In this document: piece after piece, positions 1 through 8,069 of the stretch | Layout: every line of letters starts with the position of its first letter | Numbering within the stretch: the stretch's first letter is position 1 | Source of the DNA: a virus | Strand: one strand, 5' to 3' | Virus record (IMG/VR): IMGVR_UViG_3300029585_000037 | Coordinates: 29,935 to 93,934 of that record | DNA: 64,000 bases | Notes under the pieces: generated by a model | Databases searched by the model: none | What the model saw: only the letters and a program-made list of their open reading frames with translations | What the model was told of the DNA's origin: nothing | Translations under genes and position numbers: made by a program

Positions 1-22
1 TATAACACCTTTTGATTGGCAA

Positions 23-403
23 ATGTATAGTGGATGGAGTGGAGGTTTTTACATGTTAGAAACCTTTAATGGATTCATTCCTAAACCTAAATTAGACAAA
101 ATTCCATCAGGTTGGAAATTTGATAAGGATAATGAAGAATTGTTAGTACCTAACAAAAGAACTAAATTAGGTAAGAAGATTTATGAAGATTTAAACAATT
201 TACAGAATTGGAGTTTTCATAAAATTTTTGATGTTCTAAATATACATGTAGAAACTATTGGTAGATTCACAATTCCAGGATTATATTTATCAAAAGATGA
301 AAAAGAAGTTTATCTCAAAGTTGATTTTAAAGTAGAACTTGATGAAAAAGATTTTGAAGAAGTTACAGTAACATATGTAAATAAAATGTTAGGTATAAAA
401 TGA
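23..403 (+). CDS. hypothetical protein (126 aa)
   Basis: ORF in the co-directional + array; stop overlaps the next start (ATGA at 400-403); no recognisable motif. Confidence 0.55.
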   Translation: MYSGWSGGFYMLETFNGFIPKPKLDKIPSGWKFDKDNEELLVPNKRTKLGKKIYEDLNNLQNWSFHKIFDVLNIHVETIGRFTIPGLYLSKDEKEVYLKVDFKVELDEKDFEEVTVTYVNKMLGIK

Positions 404-1005
404 TCAAGGATAGAACATTTATGGATATAGCGAGGTTAATCGCAAATGAAAGTAAAGCTAAGAAACGTAAAGTTGGAGCTATCATAGTCAAAGACAATAA
501 CATCTTAGCAGTAGGCTACAATGGAACTCCATCAGGACATGATAATACGTGTGAAGATGAAGAAGAGTATATGGGGAGAGATTACAAAGCTCATACAAGA
601 TTAGTAACCAGACCAGAAGTCCTACATGCTGAAAGTAACGCTATATCTAAATGTGCAAGATCAGTTAATAGTAGCGAGAGTGCAACGATTTACACGACTA
701 CTGCACCATGTTTAGAGTGTGCTAAGCTCATTATCCAGTCAGGTATAGTAGAAGTTGTATATGAAGATGAATACGGCAAACCTGATGGTGTTAATTTACT
801 ATTAAAAAATCATACAAAAGTTAGAAAATTAAAAAGTAATGAAGATATATTGATTAATGATTACTTCATTTACAATAAAAGTCATAATTCAAGAAATCCT
901 GAATGGGAATTACATAGATGTGAACAAATAGATGTAATACAAGGAGTTGGAAAATTCATAAATGGTAAATATCATCATATTTGGTGTTTTAAAATTAAAA
1001 GATAA
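400..1005 (+). CDS. dCMP deaminase (cytidine/deoxycytidylate deaminase fold) with about 50 aa C-terminal extension
   Basis: Zinc motifs HAE (VLHAESNAI) and PCxxC (APCLECAKLI); N-terminal FMDIARLIA...KVGAIIV...GYNG typical of the dCMP deaminase/ComEB family. Confidence 0.85.
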   Translation: MIKDRTFMDIARLIANESKAKKRKVGAIIVKDNNILAVGYNGTPSGHDNTCEDEEEYMGRDYKAHTRLVTRPEVLHAESNAISKCARSVNSSESATIYTTTAPCLECAKLIIQSGIVEVVYEDEYGKPDGVNLLLKNHTKVRKLKSNEDILINDYFIYNKSHNSRNPEWELHRCEQIDVIQGVGKFINGKYHHIWCFKIKR

Positions 1006-1355
1006 TGAAAAAATTACATAAAGACTTAAAAGAAGTCATAGACAATAATTACTTTGATCTAATTGTAAAGATTGAAAGTATAGATAGAGGTGGTATCCTT
1101 AATTATGTAAAGGATGGATCAATGTTAATATGTACGATTGATCATGACACTTCAGAGGGTATTGTAGAATTAGATTTGTTTAAAGAACAGATTAACCTAC
1201 TTATCAAAAATCTGGAAGACCTTACAAACGCTTCAGTAGGCTTTATAATTCCAGATGAACAATTACGCATATTCGAGTCAGATGAATTTGTTATAGACTA
1301 CTTAGACCGTAGAATGAAGACATTTGATTTAACATTAATCCAAGAAACTGAATAA
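1005..1355 (+). CDS. hypothetical protein (116 aa)
   Basis: TAATG stop/start overlap with the upstream gene; ordinary composition. Confidence 0.55.
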   Translation: MKKLHKDLKEVIDNNYFDLIVKIESIDRGGILNYVKDGSMLICTIDHDTSEGIVELDLFKEQINLLIKNLEDLTNASVGFIIPDEQLRIFESDEFVIDYLDRRMKTFDLTLIQETE

Positions 1356-1367
1356 TCAAATATTATA

Positions 1368-1583
1368 ATGGCAAAGAAAGTAAGATACAGATTTAATACG
1401 TCATACAATTTAAAGAGAACTCATGCACATATGTTAAAGAATTTTGACGTAAGTCAAGTGAGTTCAAATAATACAAAACACGATGGTTACCACATGTTCT
1501 TTACAGTAAGAGATGAAGTGGAAGAGGCAAGAATAAAATCTCATTTTAAGAAAATAGGAATAGAATTAACAAAAATATCATGA
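1368..1583 (+). CDS. hypothetical protein (71 aa)
   Basis: Short ORF in the array; shares an R(Y/F)RFNT motif with ORF 1791-2042. Confidence 0.45.
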   Translation: MAKKVRYRFNTSYNLKRTHAHMLKNFDVSQVSSNNTKHDGYHMFFTVRDEVEEARIKSHFKKIGIELTKIS

Positions 1584-1822
1584 CACGTTACGCAAGAGTA
1601 TCAAAAACTTATGGAGTGCCACCTAATCAAAAATTTAAAGAGCCTAATAAAAGTAAAATGGTTAAAGAGATGAAAATGGAAAAATCTAAAGAAGACATCA
1701 ACAAGACTAAAAAAGAAGAGTTCAACAAAAACAAACAAGATGAGTTGAATAAGTCTTCAAGAGATAGTATCAAACCTCAAACCTTAGAAGATGGCAAAAA
1801 TACTGATAGACTTTCAAAGTAA
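1580..1822 (+). CDS. hypothetical Lys-rich protein (80 aa)
   Basis: ATGA overlap with the upstream ORF; basic low-complexity sequence. Confidence 0.4.
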   Translation: MTRYARVSKTYGVPPNQKFKEPNKSKMVKEMKMEKSKEDINKTKKEEFNKNKQDELNKSSRDSIKPQTLEDGKNTDRLSK

Positions 1823-2042
1823 GCTAATAGACCTCTATTTGCTTAAAACTGTTGAAAAGGGTGAGGAATGGGATGAAAAAGAACAAGAGATGAAGTGGAC
1901 AATACTCATCAATAATTCTGTTCCTGAGTCTATGGTATCGACAAAATTTCGTTTTAGATTCAATACAGAAGAGCACCGAGACAGAGAATGGAAAGTATTG
2001 AGAGGTAAATTAGAGGGCGTAGAGTTCTTAGAAATTCTTTAA
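1791..2042 (+). CDS. hypothetical protein (83 aa)
   Basis: ATG ORF overlapping the upstream ORF end; FRFRFNT motif similar to ORF 1368-1583. Confidence 0.45.
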   Translation: MAKILIDFQSKLIDLYLLKTVEKGEEWDEKEQEMKWTILINNSVPESMVSTKFRFRFNTEEHRDREWKVLRGKLEGVEFLEIL

Positions 2043-2122
2043 CAAAGTTAATGTAAATGAATAAGCCTGATGGATCGACAGGTATAATAATTTCGATTAA
2101 GTGTAATTTTAAATTTTTAATT

Positions 2123-2560
2123 ATGAAAAACCTTTTAACAATTGTGTGCTTTATCTTCTGTGTAGGATTTGCCACGACAAGCTGGGGGATGATCCCAGAA
2201 ATGGAAGACAATCCGATTGAGATTGTAGATTTAGTTGATTATGACGTAACTATTAGTGTAGCTGAGTTTACACCTGTAGATTTGCAGATTAACGATATAA
2301 ATTATAATTCCTTTGTAAAGCAAGAAAATGCTGAAACTATCTTTGTAGTAACCTCTGAAAAATTTATCGATGTAGCTGTGCCTGATATTCCTATTATGGT
2401 TATGCGATATAATGATACTTATAAGAATTTACAAGAAGATACCATACCAGATAATTACAATAAACTAAGTGCCTTTAAATACTTGAAGCGACAACATAGT
2501 GAAGTCAGTTATGATAATCCGTATATTGAAACAAAACGATTGTCCAGCTGGCGAGTGTAA
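2123..2560 (+). CDS. secreted or membrane-anchored protein (145 aa)
   Basis: Internal ATG at 2123 gives a signal-peptide-like N-terminus MKNLLTIVCFIFCVGFATTSWG; the track start at 2057 adds an implausible leader; terminator follows. Confidence 0.55.
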   Translation: MKNLLTIVCFIFCVGFATTSWGMIPEMEDNPIEIVDLVDYDVTISVAEFTPVDLQINDINYNSFVKQENAETIFVVTSEKFIDVAVPDIPIMVMRYNDTYKNLQEDTIPDNYNKLSAFKYLKRQHSEVSYDNPYIETKRLSSWRV

Positions 2561-2583
2561 CAAGCAATACTATATATATTAAG

Positions 2584-2614
2584 AAAGTCCTGTCTAATTG
2601 ATAGGACTTTTTTT
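2584..2614 (+). terminator. rho-independent terminator
   Basis: AAAGTCCT (2584-2591) pairs with AGGACTTT (2603-2610), followed by a T-run. Confidence 0.7.
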
Positions 2615-2647
2615 ATGTTCATAGTTAAGTAATTAAAACCGATAAAT

Positions 2648-2899
2648 ATGGACGGAATAACTAAAGAAACTAAACAAGATTGGAAACGTATTCGTAAAAC
2701 AAATGCGTACCGATTTATGAGTAAGTATGAAGACCATGTAATTCATATAATTAAGGCTGGTCATAAGAACGCTTATAATCCAGATGAAAATATGTATTTT
2801 GTAGTACATGAAGATGCTCATATGATGAGAAATGGTGAGTGTAACTTTTTGACTAAACAAGAGATTAAGGACACATTCGATATAGACGTGGATTTTTAG
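2648..2899 (+). CDS. hypothetical protein (83 aa)
   Basis: Preferred over the antisense ORF 2633-2908, whose product is hydrophobic low-complexity sequence. Confidence 0.5.
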   Translation: MDGITKETKQDWKRIRKTNAYRFMSKYEDHVIHIIKAGHKNAYNPDENMYFVVHEDAHMMRNGECNFLTKQEIKDTFDIDVDF

Positions 2900-2921
2900 A
2901 TTTTTCACCTATAATATCTAT

Positions 2922-2952
2922 ACCTCAGCGTAGTTCGTTGGGGTTTATTTTT
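2922..2952 (+). terminator. possible weak terminator hairpin
   Basis: ACCTCA (2922-2927) pairs with TGGGGT (2939-2944, one G:U), then a T-rich tail. Confidence 0.35.
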
Positions 2953-2976
2953 CATTCAAATTTTTCTAAATAATTT

Positions 2977-5304
2977 ATGAGTAACGTACAAATGCAAGAC
3001 TTCAATTTCATCAGTAAGTACTCCCACTACTTGCCAGAGGTCGACAAAAAAGAAACATGGGAACAGAGCATCGATAGGATTTACAATATGCATATGATAA
3101 AATATGCTGACGAGATGACTCCAGAATTAGAAAGTCTAATTGAAAAAGCAAAACAAGCTGAAAAAGAACGTAAGGTGTTATCAGCTCAAAGAGTTAGGCA
3201 GTTTGCTGGAGTAGGTATTCTAAGGAATAATTGTAAATTATATAATTGTGCATCATCCTATGTAGATAGAGTGCAATTCTTTCCAGAAATAATGTGGGTT
3301 CTGCTTTGCGGTGCAGGTGCAGGATTTAGTATTCAAAACAAACATATAAGTCAATTGCCTGAAGCTCATGATGTAGGTAATGATAAATTCTATTATACAA
3401 TAGAAGATAGCATTGAAGGGTGGGCACATGCAATAGGTTATCTGGTAAACTCTTATATGAAAGATGAAAACTCAGAGTACCACGCTGCATATGGTAAAAC
3501 AGTAGTGTTTGATTATAGTCTAATTAGACCTGCTGGAGCATTAATTGCAGGACAATTCAAAGCACCTGGACCAGATGGACTTAGAAATTCTATTGAAAAG
3601 ATAAGAAGTATATTTGAAAAGGCAGTAGGTGGAAATAAGAAGTCGAGACAGTTATTCAGTATCGAAATTTATGATATTACGATGTGGATAGCTGATGCTG
3701 TTTTAAGTGGTGGCGTAAGACGTAGTGCAACCATATGTATATTCTCAATCGATGATGAGGATATGATGAAAGCTAAGACAGGGAATTGGTTTAATGAAAA
3801 TCCTCAAAGACGTTTGTCTAACAATTCAGCTGCTCTGATAAGAGGCAAGGCTACTAAGGAACAATTTTTAGACATATTTAATTCTATTAAGGAATTTGGC
3901 GAGCCAGGATTTGTATTTACACCAAATGAAGATATTACATATAATCCTTGTGTAGAGATAGGTAAAAGACCTCAAACAGAAGATGGGCGATCAGGATGGC
4001 AATTCTGTAATTTAACTGAAGGTAATGGACGTTATTGTGATACTCCAGAGAAATTCTATGAAGTATGTGAAGCATCTGCGATTATAGGAACTTTACAAGC
4101 TGGATATGATAAATTTTCATTCCTTGGAGAAATAACAGAAGAGATAGTTGCACGTGAAGCCTTACTTGGAGTGTCTATTACAGGATGGATGATGAATCCA
4201 GATGTATTATTTGATAAAGAAGTGTTGAAAAAAGGTGCTAATATAGTTAAGGAAACAAACGCAAGAGTTGCTGATATAATAGGTATTAGACATGCTGCAA
4301 GAACTACTTGTACAAAGCCTGCAGGCAACAGTTCAATTCTATTAGCTACATCTTCAGGAATACATGGAGACCATTCACCGAGATATATCAGACGTATTCA
4401 AGTTAATAAAGACGAAACAGCTGGACAAGTTTATGCTGAAACTAATCCTTTCGCAGTAGAGCAGTCTGTATGGAAACACACTGATAATATCGTATCTTTT
4501 GCAATAAAATCTACAGGTGGAGCTAAATTTAAAAAAGAACTTGTAGGAATAGAACAATTAGAATATGTTAAGCATGCACAAAAGTACTGGGTTGAAGAGG
4601 GTACTCGACAAGAATTATGTGTTGATCCAGAGACCAGACATAATATATCTAATACAATACAAGTAGCTCATGACGGATGGGATAAGGTAGCAGATTATGT
4701 TTGGGAAAACAAAGATTATTTCGCTGGTATTAGTTTCTTGGCAGCTTCAGGTGACTTAGATTATCCTCAAGCTCCATTTAGTCAAGTGCTAACTCCAGAA
4801 GAGATGGTGAAAGAGTATGGGTCAGGTGTAGTCCTTGCTTCAGGTTTAATCGTAGATGGTTTAAAAGCCTTTGAAAATAATCTTTGGACTGCTTGCGACT
4901 ATGGATTAGGTCGTATGAAGTTAGAATTCAACAAAGAGAAAGCAATAGAACTTATTTCAAATAATACAAGAGACAATGACAATGGAGATATTTTCTTCAG
5001 CTACATGATAGAGGGTGTTATGGTTACTGATATAAATGCTGTTATTGGTCATGTAAAGAATAAGTATGATGAAAAGATAGATTGGGTAAGACGTTTCCAG
5101 AAATTCGCTAAGTCTTATTTAGATGGAGATTTACAAAGAACTGCATATTGTTTAAAACATGTATCATTATGGCATTCTTGGTGTAAGCTAAGAAATGAGA
5201 TGAAAGAAGTGGATTGGAACAGCGTTAGTTTTAAAGATGACTACATCGCATCTGCTGCAGATAATGTAGCTACAGCTTGTGCAGGTGGAGCTTGTGAAAT
5301 TTAA
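2977..5304 (+). CDS. nrdJ: ribonucleotide reductase, class II-like (adenosylcobalamin-type, NrdJ-like)
   Basis: 775 aa; active-site-like YNPCVEI and FCNLTE motifs; C-terminal Cys cluster ACAGGACEI; no glycyl-radical motif. The class assignment is by motif memory only. Confidence 0.75.
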   Translation: MSNVQMQDFNFISKYSHYLPEVDKKETWEQSIDRIYNMHMIKYADEMTPELESLIEKAKQAEKERKVLSAQRVRQFAGVGILRNNCKLYNCASSYVDRVQFFPEIMWVLLCGAGAGFSIQNKHISQLPEAHDVGNDKFYYTIEDSIEGWAHAIGYLVNSYMKDENSEYHAAYGKTVVFDYSLIRPAGALIAGQFKAPGPDGLRNSIEKIRSIFEKAVGGNKKSRQLFSIEIYDITMWIADAVLSGGVRRSATICIFSIDDEDMMKAKTGNWFNENPQRRLSNNSAALIRGKATKEQFLDIFNSIKEFGEPGFVFTPNEDITYNPCVEIGKRPQTEDGRSGWQFCNLTEGNGRYCDTPEKFYEVCEASAIIGTLQAGYDKFSFLGEITEEIVAREALLGVSITGWMMNPDVLFDKEVLKKGANIVKETNARVADIIGIRHAARTTCTKPAGNSSILLATSSGIHGDHSPRYIRRIQVNKDETAGQVYAETNPFAVEQSVWKHTDNIVSFAIKSTGGAKFKKELVGIEQLEYVKHAQKYWVEEGTRQELCVDPETRHNISNTIQVAHDGWDKVADYVWENKDYFAGISFLAASGDLDYPQAPFSQVLTPEEMVKEYGSGVVLASGLIVDGLKAFENNLWTACDYGLGRMKLEFNKEKAIELISNNTRDNDNGDIFFSYMIEGVMVTDINAVIGHVKNKYDEKIDWVRRFQKFAKSYLDGDLQRTAYCLKHVSLWHSWCKLRNEMKEVDWNSVSFKDDYIASAADNVATACAGGACEI

Positions 5305-5326
5305 CAAACAATTAAAACAATAATTT

Positions 5327-5767
5327 ATGTCACAAAAAGTAAGAGTAGTAGCTGAGAATGGAGTTCAGTTACCTAAGTATGAAACAGAAGCATCTGCTGG
5401 TATGGATGTGAGAGCAAATATCACCGAGCCAGTAGTATTAGAGTCGATGGAAAGAGCACTCATTAAAACTGGTTTGTCTATTGAATTACCAGTAGGTATG
5501 GAGTGTCAAGTAAGACCAAGAAGTGGTTTAGCCTATAAGCAAGGAATTACTGTATTAAATGCTCCAGGCACTATTGATGCAGATTATAGAGGTGAAATTG
5601 GTGTAATTCTTGTTAACCTATCTAATGAGAATGTAACTATACACCCTAATGACAGAATAGCTCAATTAGTATTCGCTAAGCATGAAAGAATACATTGGAT
5701 ATCAGCTACAGAGTTATCTGAAACAGAACGTGGCTCTGGTGGTTTTGGTTCTACTGGTAAGTCATAA
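5327..5767 (+). CDS. dut: dUTP diphosphatase (trimeric dUTPase)
   Basis: All five dUTPase motifs: [44 protein letters not shown]. Confidence 0.92.
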   Translation: MSQKVRVVAENGVQLPKYETEASAGMDVRANITEPVVLESMERALIKTGLSIELPVGMECQVRPRSGLAYKQGITVLNAPGTIDADYRGEIGVILVNLSNENVTIHPNDRIAQLVFAKHERIHWISATELSETERGSGGFGSTGKS

Positions 5768-5790
5768 TTTGTATTTTACTTCCATCCCTG

Positions 5791-5826
5791 AAAGGACATT
5801 CTGTAATGGAGTGTCCTTTTGTTTTT
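5791..5826 (+). terminator. rho-independent terminator
   Basis: AAAGGACA (5791-5798) pairs with TGTCCTTT (5812-5819), then TGTTTTT. Confidence 0.7.
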
Positions 5827-5856
5827 ACAAAGTTTTCTTATACAAAACAAACAAAA

Positions 5857-6249
5857 ATGAAAGCAAAAGTGATTTTAGCAATAGTATTATTTGTGTTAAA
5901 TACTATATTATGCTTAGGGCAAAGTGGGATAGCTATAAAGGGTGATGATACTTTTACAGAAGAGGACAAAAGGATAGGTAAGGAAATCATAATTCTGAGA
6001 AATATACGTCAGGCTATGCAAAATTCTTGTGATTCAATACAATTTTATTCAGTTCAATATTACAATGTTCCACAAGATGAATGGAATAGTATAGATAAAA
6101 AGATACTGTTTTTTCAAAAAGAGTTGAAGGAACGCATAAATACATATAATCTTCAGTCCAGAATATTCTTTATACCTTATAAAAGATTACAGGTTGTTGG
6201 ATTAAAACAAGAATACAGCTATGAAAATTTCACTTGTATATCCGAATAG
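5857..6249 (+). CDS. secreted protein or possible lipoprotein (130 aa)
   Basis: ATG at 5857, downstream of the terminator, gives MKAKVILAIVLFVLNTILCLGQSG; the track start at 5806 lies inside the terminator hairpin. Confidence 0.55.
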   Translation: MKAKVILAIVLFVLNTILCLGQSGIAIKGDDTFTEEDKRIGKEIIILRNIRQAMQNSCDSIQFYSVQYYNVPQDEWNSIDKKILFFQKELKERINTYNLQSRIFFIPYKRLQVVGLKQEYSYENFTCISE

Positions 6250-6303
6250 AGCATTTACAAGGTTATTAGTAGTGTATAATATAAATTTTAAATACAAATC
6301 ATT

Positions 6304-6507
6304 ATGGCAAAAGATGCAATTATGGCGTATAACGTCAAGAAAAAAGAAAAAGAAGAGATGCAAGATGCAGTCATCGACAGAAATGGTAAGCGTTGTTTCG
6401 CTAAAGGAGTTTCTGCAGATGGAGACAAATTGTGTGTTGCAATCGGACTTGATAATGCTAAGAAAGCTATCAAGAATGGCGTAGCCACAAAAGGTGAAGG
6501 CTGGTAG
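6304..6507 (+). CDS. hypothetical protein (67 aa)
   Basis: Clean ATG ORF; preferred over the overlapping ORF 6221-6484, which has junk-like composition. Confidence 0.5.
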   Translation: MAKDAIMAYNVKKKEKEEMQDAVIDRNGKRCFAKGVSADGDKLCVAIGLDNAKKAIKNGVATKGEGW

Positions 6508-6540
6508 TCTAACTTTAGATTGATTAATAGCTCAATCGTT

Positions 6541-6612
6541 TCTACATTAGCTCAGTAGGTAGAGCAACAGAGACTAATCTGTAGGTCACTGGTTCGAGTC
6601 CAGTATGTAGAT
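6541..6612 (+). tRNA. tRNA-like gene with a non-canonical anticodon arm (anticodon not assignable)
   Basis: Acceptor stem TCTACAT/ATGTAGA; D arm GCTC-AGTAGGTA-GAGC; T arm ACTGG-TTCGAGT-CCAGT; 5-nt variable loop. The anticodon stem ACAGA/TCTGT encloses only 6 nt (GACTAA, 6572-6577). Confidence 0.7.
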
Positions 6613-6635
6613 CAAATTTATGTTCTTTTACATTT

Positions 6636-6981
6636 GGGGGTGCTTGGTTTTGACAGGTACGAAATTTAAAACAATTAGTCAAGGTATATGGTTGTGAATA
6701 CCTTTAAAATTCCATCTAAATTTTAAATGGCAAAGTTTTAACAATGCCTTCTATGAATGCTCCGATGAGAGCAGCTGCCTAATAGGTTCATAGACGAGTG
6801 ACGACTACTTTGGAACAGAAAGTCGTAAGTTGTGCAGTTTGTCTATTCTGCCTATAAAGATAGTCTGGTGGAGTCATTCAGTTGACCTTATCTTGGACAG
6901 ATGTAAAATGTATCCTATGACTATGAATAAATTGTTTTGAGTGGACTATTTTGGACGGCAGTTCGACTCTGCCCACCTCCA
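6636..6981 (+). ncRNA. ssrA: tmRNA (SsrA), one-piece, CCA not encoded
   Basis: 5' GGGGGTG pairs with 3' CACCTCC plus discriminator A, including a G3:U pair; 5' GGGGGTGCTTGGTTTTGACAGG resembles E. coli GGGGCUGAUUCUGGAUUCGACGGG; T arm GGACGGCAGTTCGACTCTGCC; internal tag ORF ends GCA GCT GCC TAA TAG (6771-6785). Confidence 0.9.
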
Positions 6982-7052
6982 CGAAAATCCAACCGATAGG
7001 TAAGGTATTACTCAATACCGAACTGACTGCGGATAGGGTCAATAGGAGTTGC

Positions 7053-7194
7053 TTTTGGGTGAAGTGACACGGAGTTTGTTAGACTTATATAACATGATGC
7101 ATCGCTGCGCACCGTATTTGACGCTGCCAAAAAATCATGGGAGATTAATGGCTTGTCTTTCAAACTCCAACCCACCTATTGTTAACACCCAAAA
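7053..7194 (+). ncRNA. candidate structured RNA (nested helices) between the tmRNA and the next CDS
   Basis: Properly nested pairings: TTTTGGGTG (7053-7061)/CACCCAAAA (7186-7194); GGAGTTTG (7071-7078)/CAAACTCC (7161-7168); AGAC (7081-7084)/GTCT (7155-7158); CATGAT (7093-7098)/ATCATG (7134-7139). Locally GC-enriched. Confidence 0.35.
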
Positions 7195-7202
7195 TTCATA
7201 TT

Positions 7203-7451
7203 ATGTTAACAGAAACAGAACTTCAAGCGACTTTAGAAAAACAATCTAATGATGAATTAGACCTTTATCAGAGAATGATGGAGATAATAAAAAGTTGTGT
7301 AGTACAAGAACACTGTGATACTGCAAAGAAAATGTTAGACCAAATTTCTAACACTAATGAGAATTTAGCAGCAGCGTTAATGTATCCATTAAGGCTTAAA
7401 AGAAGAGCCATAAGAAATATGAATCCAGAAATAAAGTATGAAGAAAGCTAA
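7203..7451 (+). CDS. hypothetical protein (82 aa)
   Basis: First ATG at 7203 (MLTETELQ...); the track start at 7179 is a TTG inside the proposed RNA helix. Confidence 0.55.
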   Translation: MLTETELQATLEKQSNDELDLYQRMMEIIKSCVVQEHCDTAKKMLDQISNTNENLAAALMYPLRLKRRAIRNMNPEIKYEES

Positions 7452-8067
7452 ATACATTATCTTAGATTGCGAGACAGGTGGTTTAAGTCCTCAAGAAAAT
7501 CCAATAACACAAATAGCGTTACTAACTATTGATAATACCTTAAAAGAAGTAGAACGCTTTGAAACTTTCATAAAGCCTTATGATGATTTGAAAATAACCA
7601 AAGGTGCTTTAGATGCAACAGGGTTGTCCATGGCTGATATAAATTCAGGAATATCGAATAAACAAGCTGTAAAAGTTTTAATAGATTATTTCAAAAAAGC
7701 TAAGGGTGGAAGTCATGCTTCATTAAAACCTGTAGTTGTAGGTCATAATGTACAATTTGATACTGGATTTTTAGAATACTTATTCCAGTCAGCTAATGAT
7801 GATTTTTGGAAATATGTTAATCCTACTACTGTAGATACTATGGTACTCACTAAGATGTTTAATCCTACTATATCAAGCCTAAAATTAGGTATATGTTGTG
7901 AAGAAGTAGGTATTGATCTTCCAGATGCACATAAAGCTATGAATGATGTTATAGCAACTACAGATTTATTCAGAGTATATATAAACAAATTAAGAGATGC
8001 TGGAGATGTGACAGTATCTAATTCTAACAATGATAAACCTAAATCAAGGGTAAAATTCCAATTTTAA
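7438..8067 (+). CDS. DEDDh 3'-5' exonuclease (DnaQ/epsilon-like)
   Basis: Exo I ILDCETGG, Exo II VGHNVQFDTGFL, Exo III HKAMNDVIAT. Confidence 0.85.
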   Translation: MKKAKYIILDCETGGLSPQENPITQIALLTIDNTLKEVERFETFIKPYDDLKITKGALDATGLSMADINSGISNKQAVKVLIDYFKKAKGGSHASLKPVVVGHNVQFDTGFLEYLFQSANDDFWKYVNPTTVDTMVLTKMFNPTISSLKLGICCEEVGIDLPDAHKAMNDVIATTDLFRVYINKLRDAGDVTVSNSNNDKPKSRVKFQF

Positions 8068-8069
8068 TT

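Noticed and set aside
2900-2976. Cobalamin riboswitch upstream of the B12-type ribonucleotide reductase
   Set aside because: The leader is only 77 nt and AT-rich. It contains one short hairpin and nothing resembling the B12 box or the multi-helix cobalamin aptamer.
5682-5945. ORF 5682-5945 and the upstream start 5806 for the secreted protein
   Set aside because: Both span the dUTPase terminator hairpin (5791-5826). ATG 5857, after the terminator, yields a proper signal peptide.
6541-6612. Amber-suppressor tRNA implying genome-wide TAG recoding
   Set aside because: The loop does contain CUA. However, TAG is used as the stop of essential genes with sensible ends, including the major capsid (34356-34358), the tail tube (40798-40800) and ORFs ending at 6249 and 6507. 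Global reassignment is therefore not supported. Local read-through remains untested.
6636-6981. tmRNA sequence as a mere attP or 3' fragment left by integration into a host ssrA gene
   Set aside because: The 5' acceptor strand, the tag reading frame and the 3' T arm and acceptor strand are all present and pair with each other. No integrase or recombination directionality gene is in the window.
7049-7249. 66-aa ORF across the GC-rich region, and the TTG start at 7179 for the next gene
   Set aside because: It has a non-ATG start, its composition looks like translated structured RNA, and it overlaps the nested helices. The downstream gene has a clean ATG at 7203.
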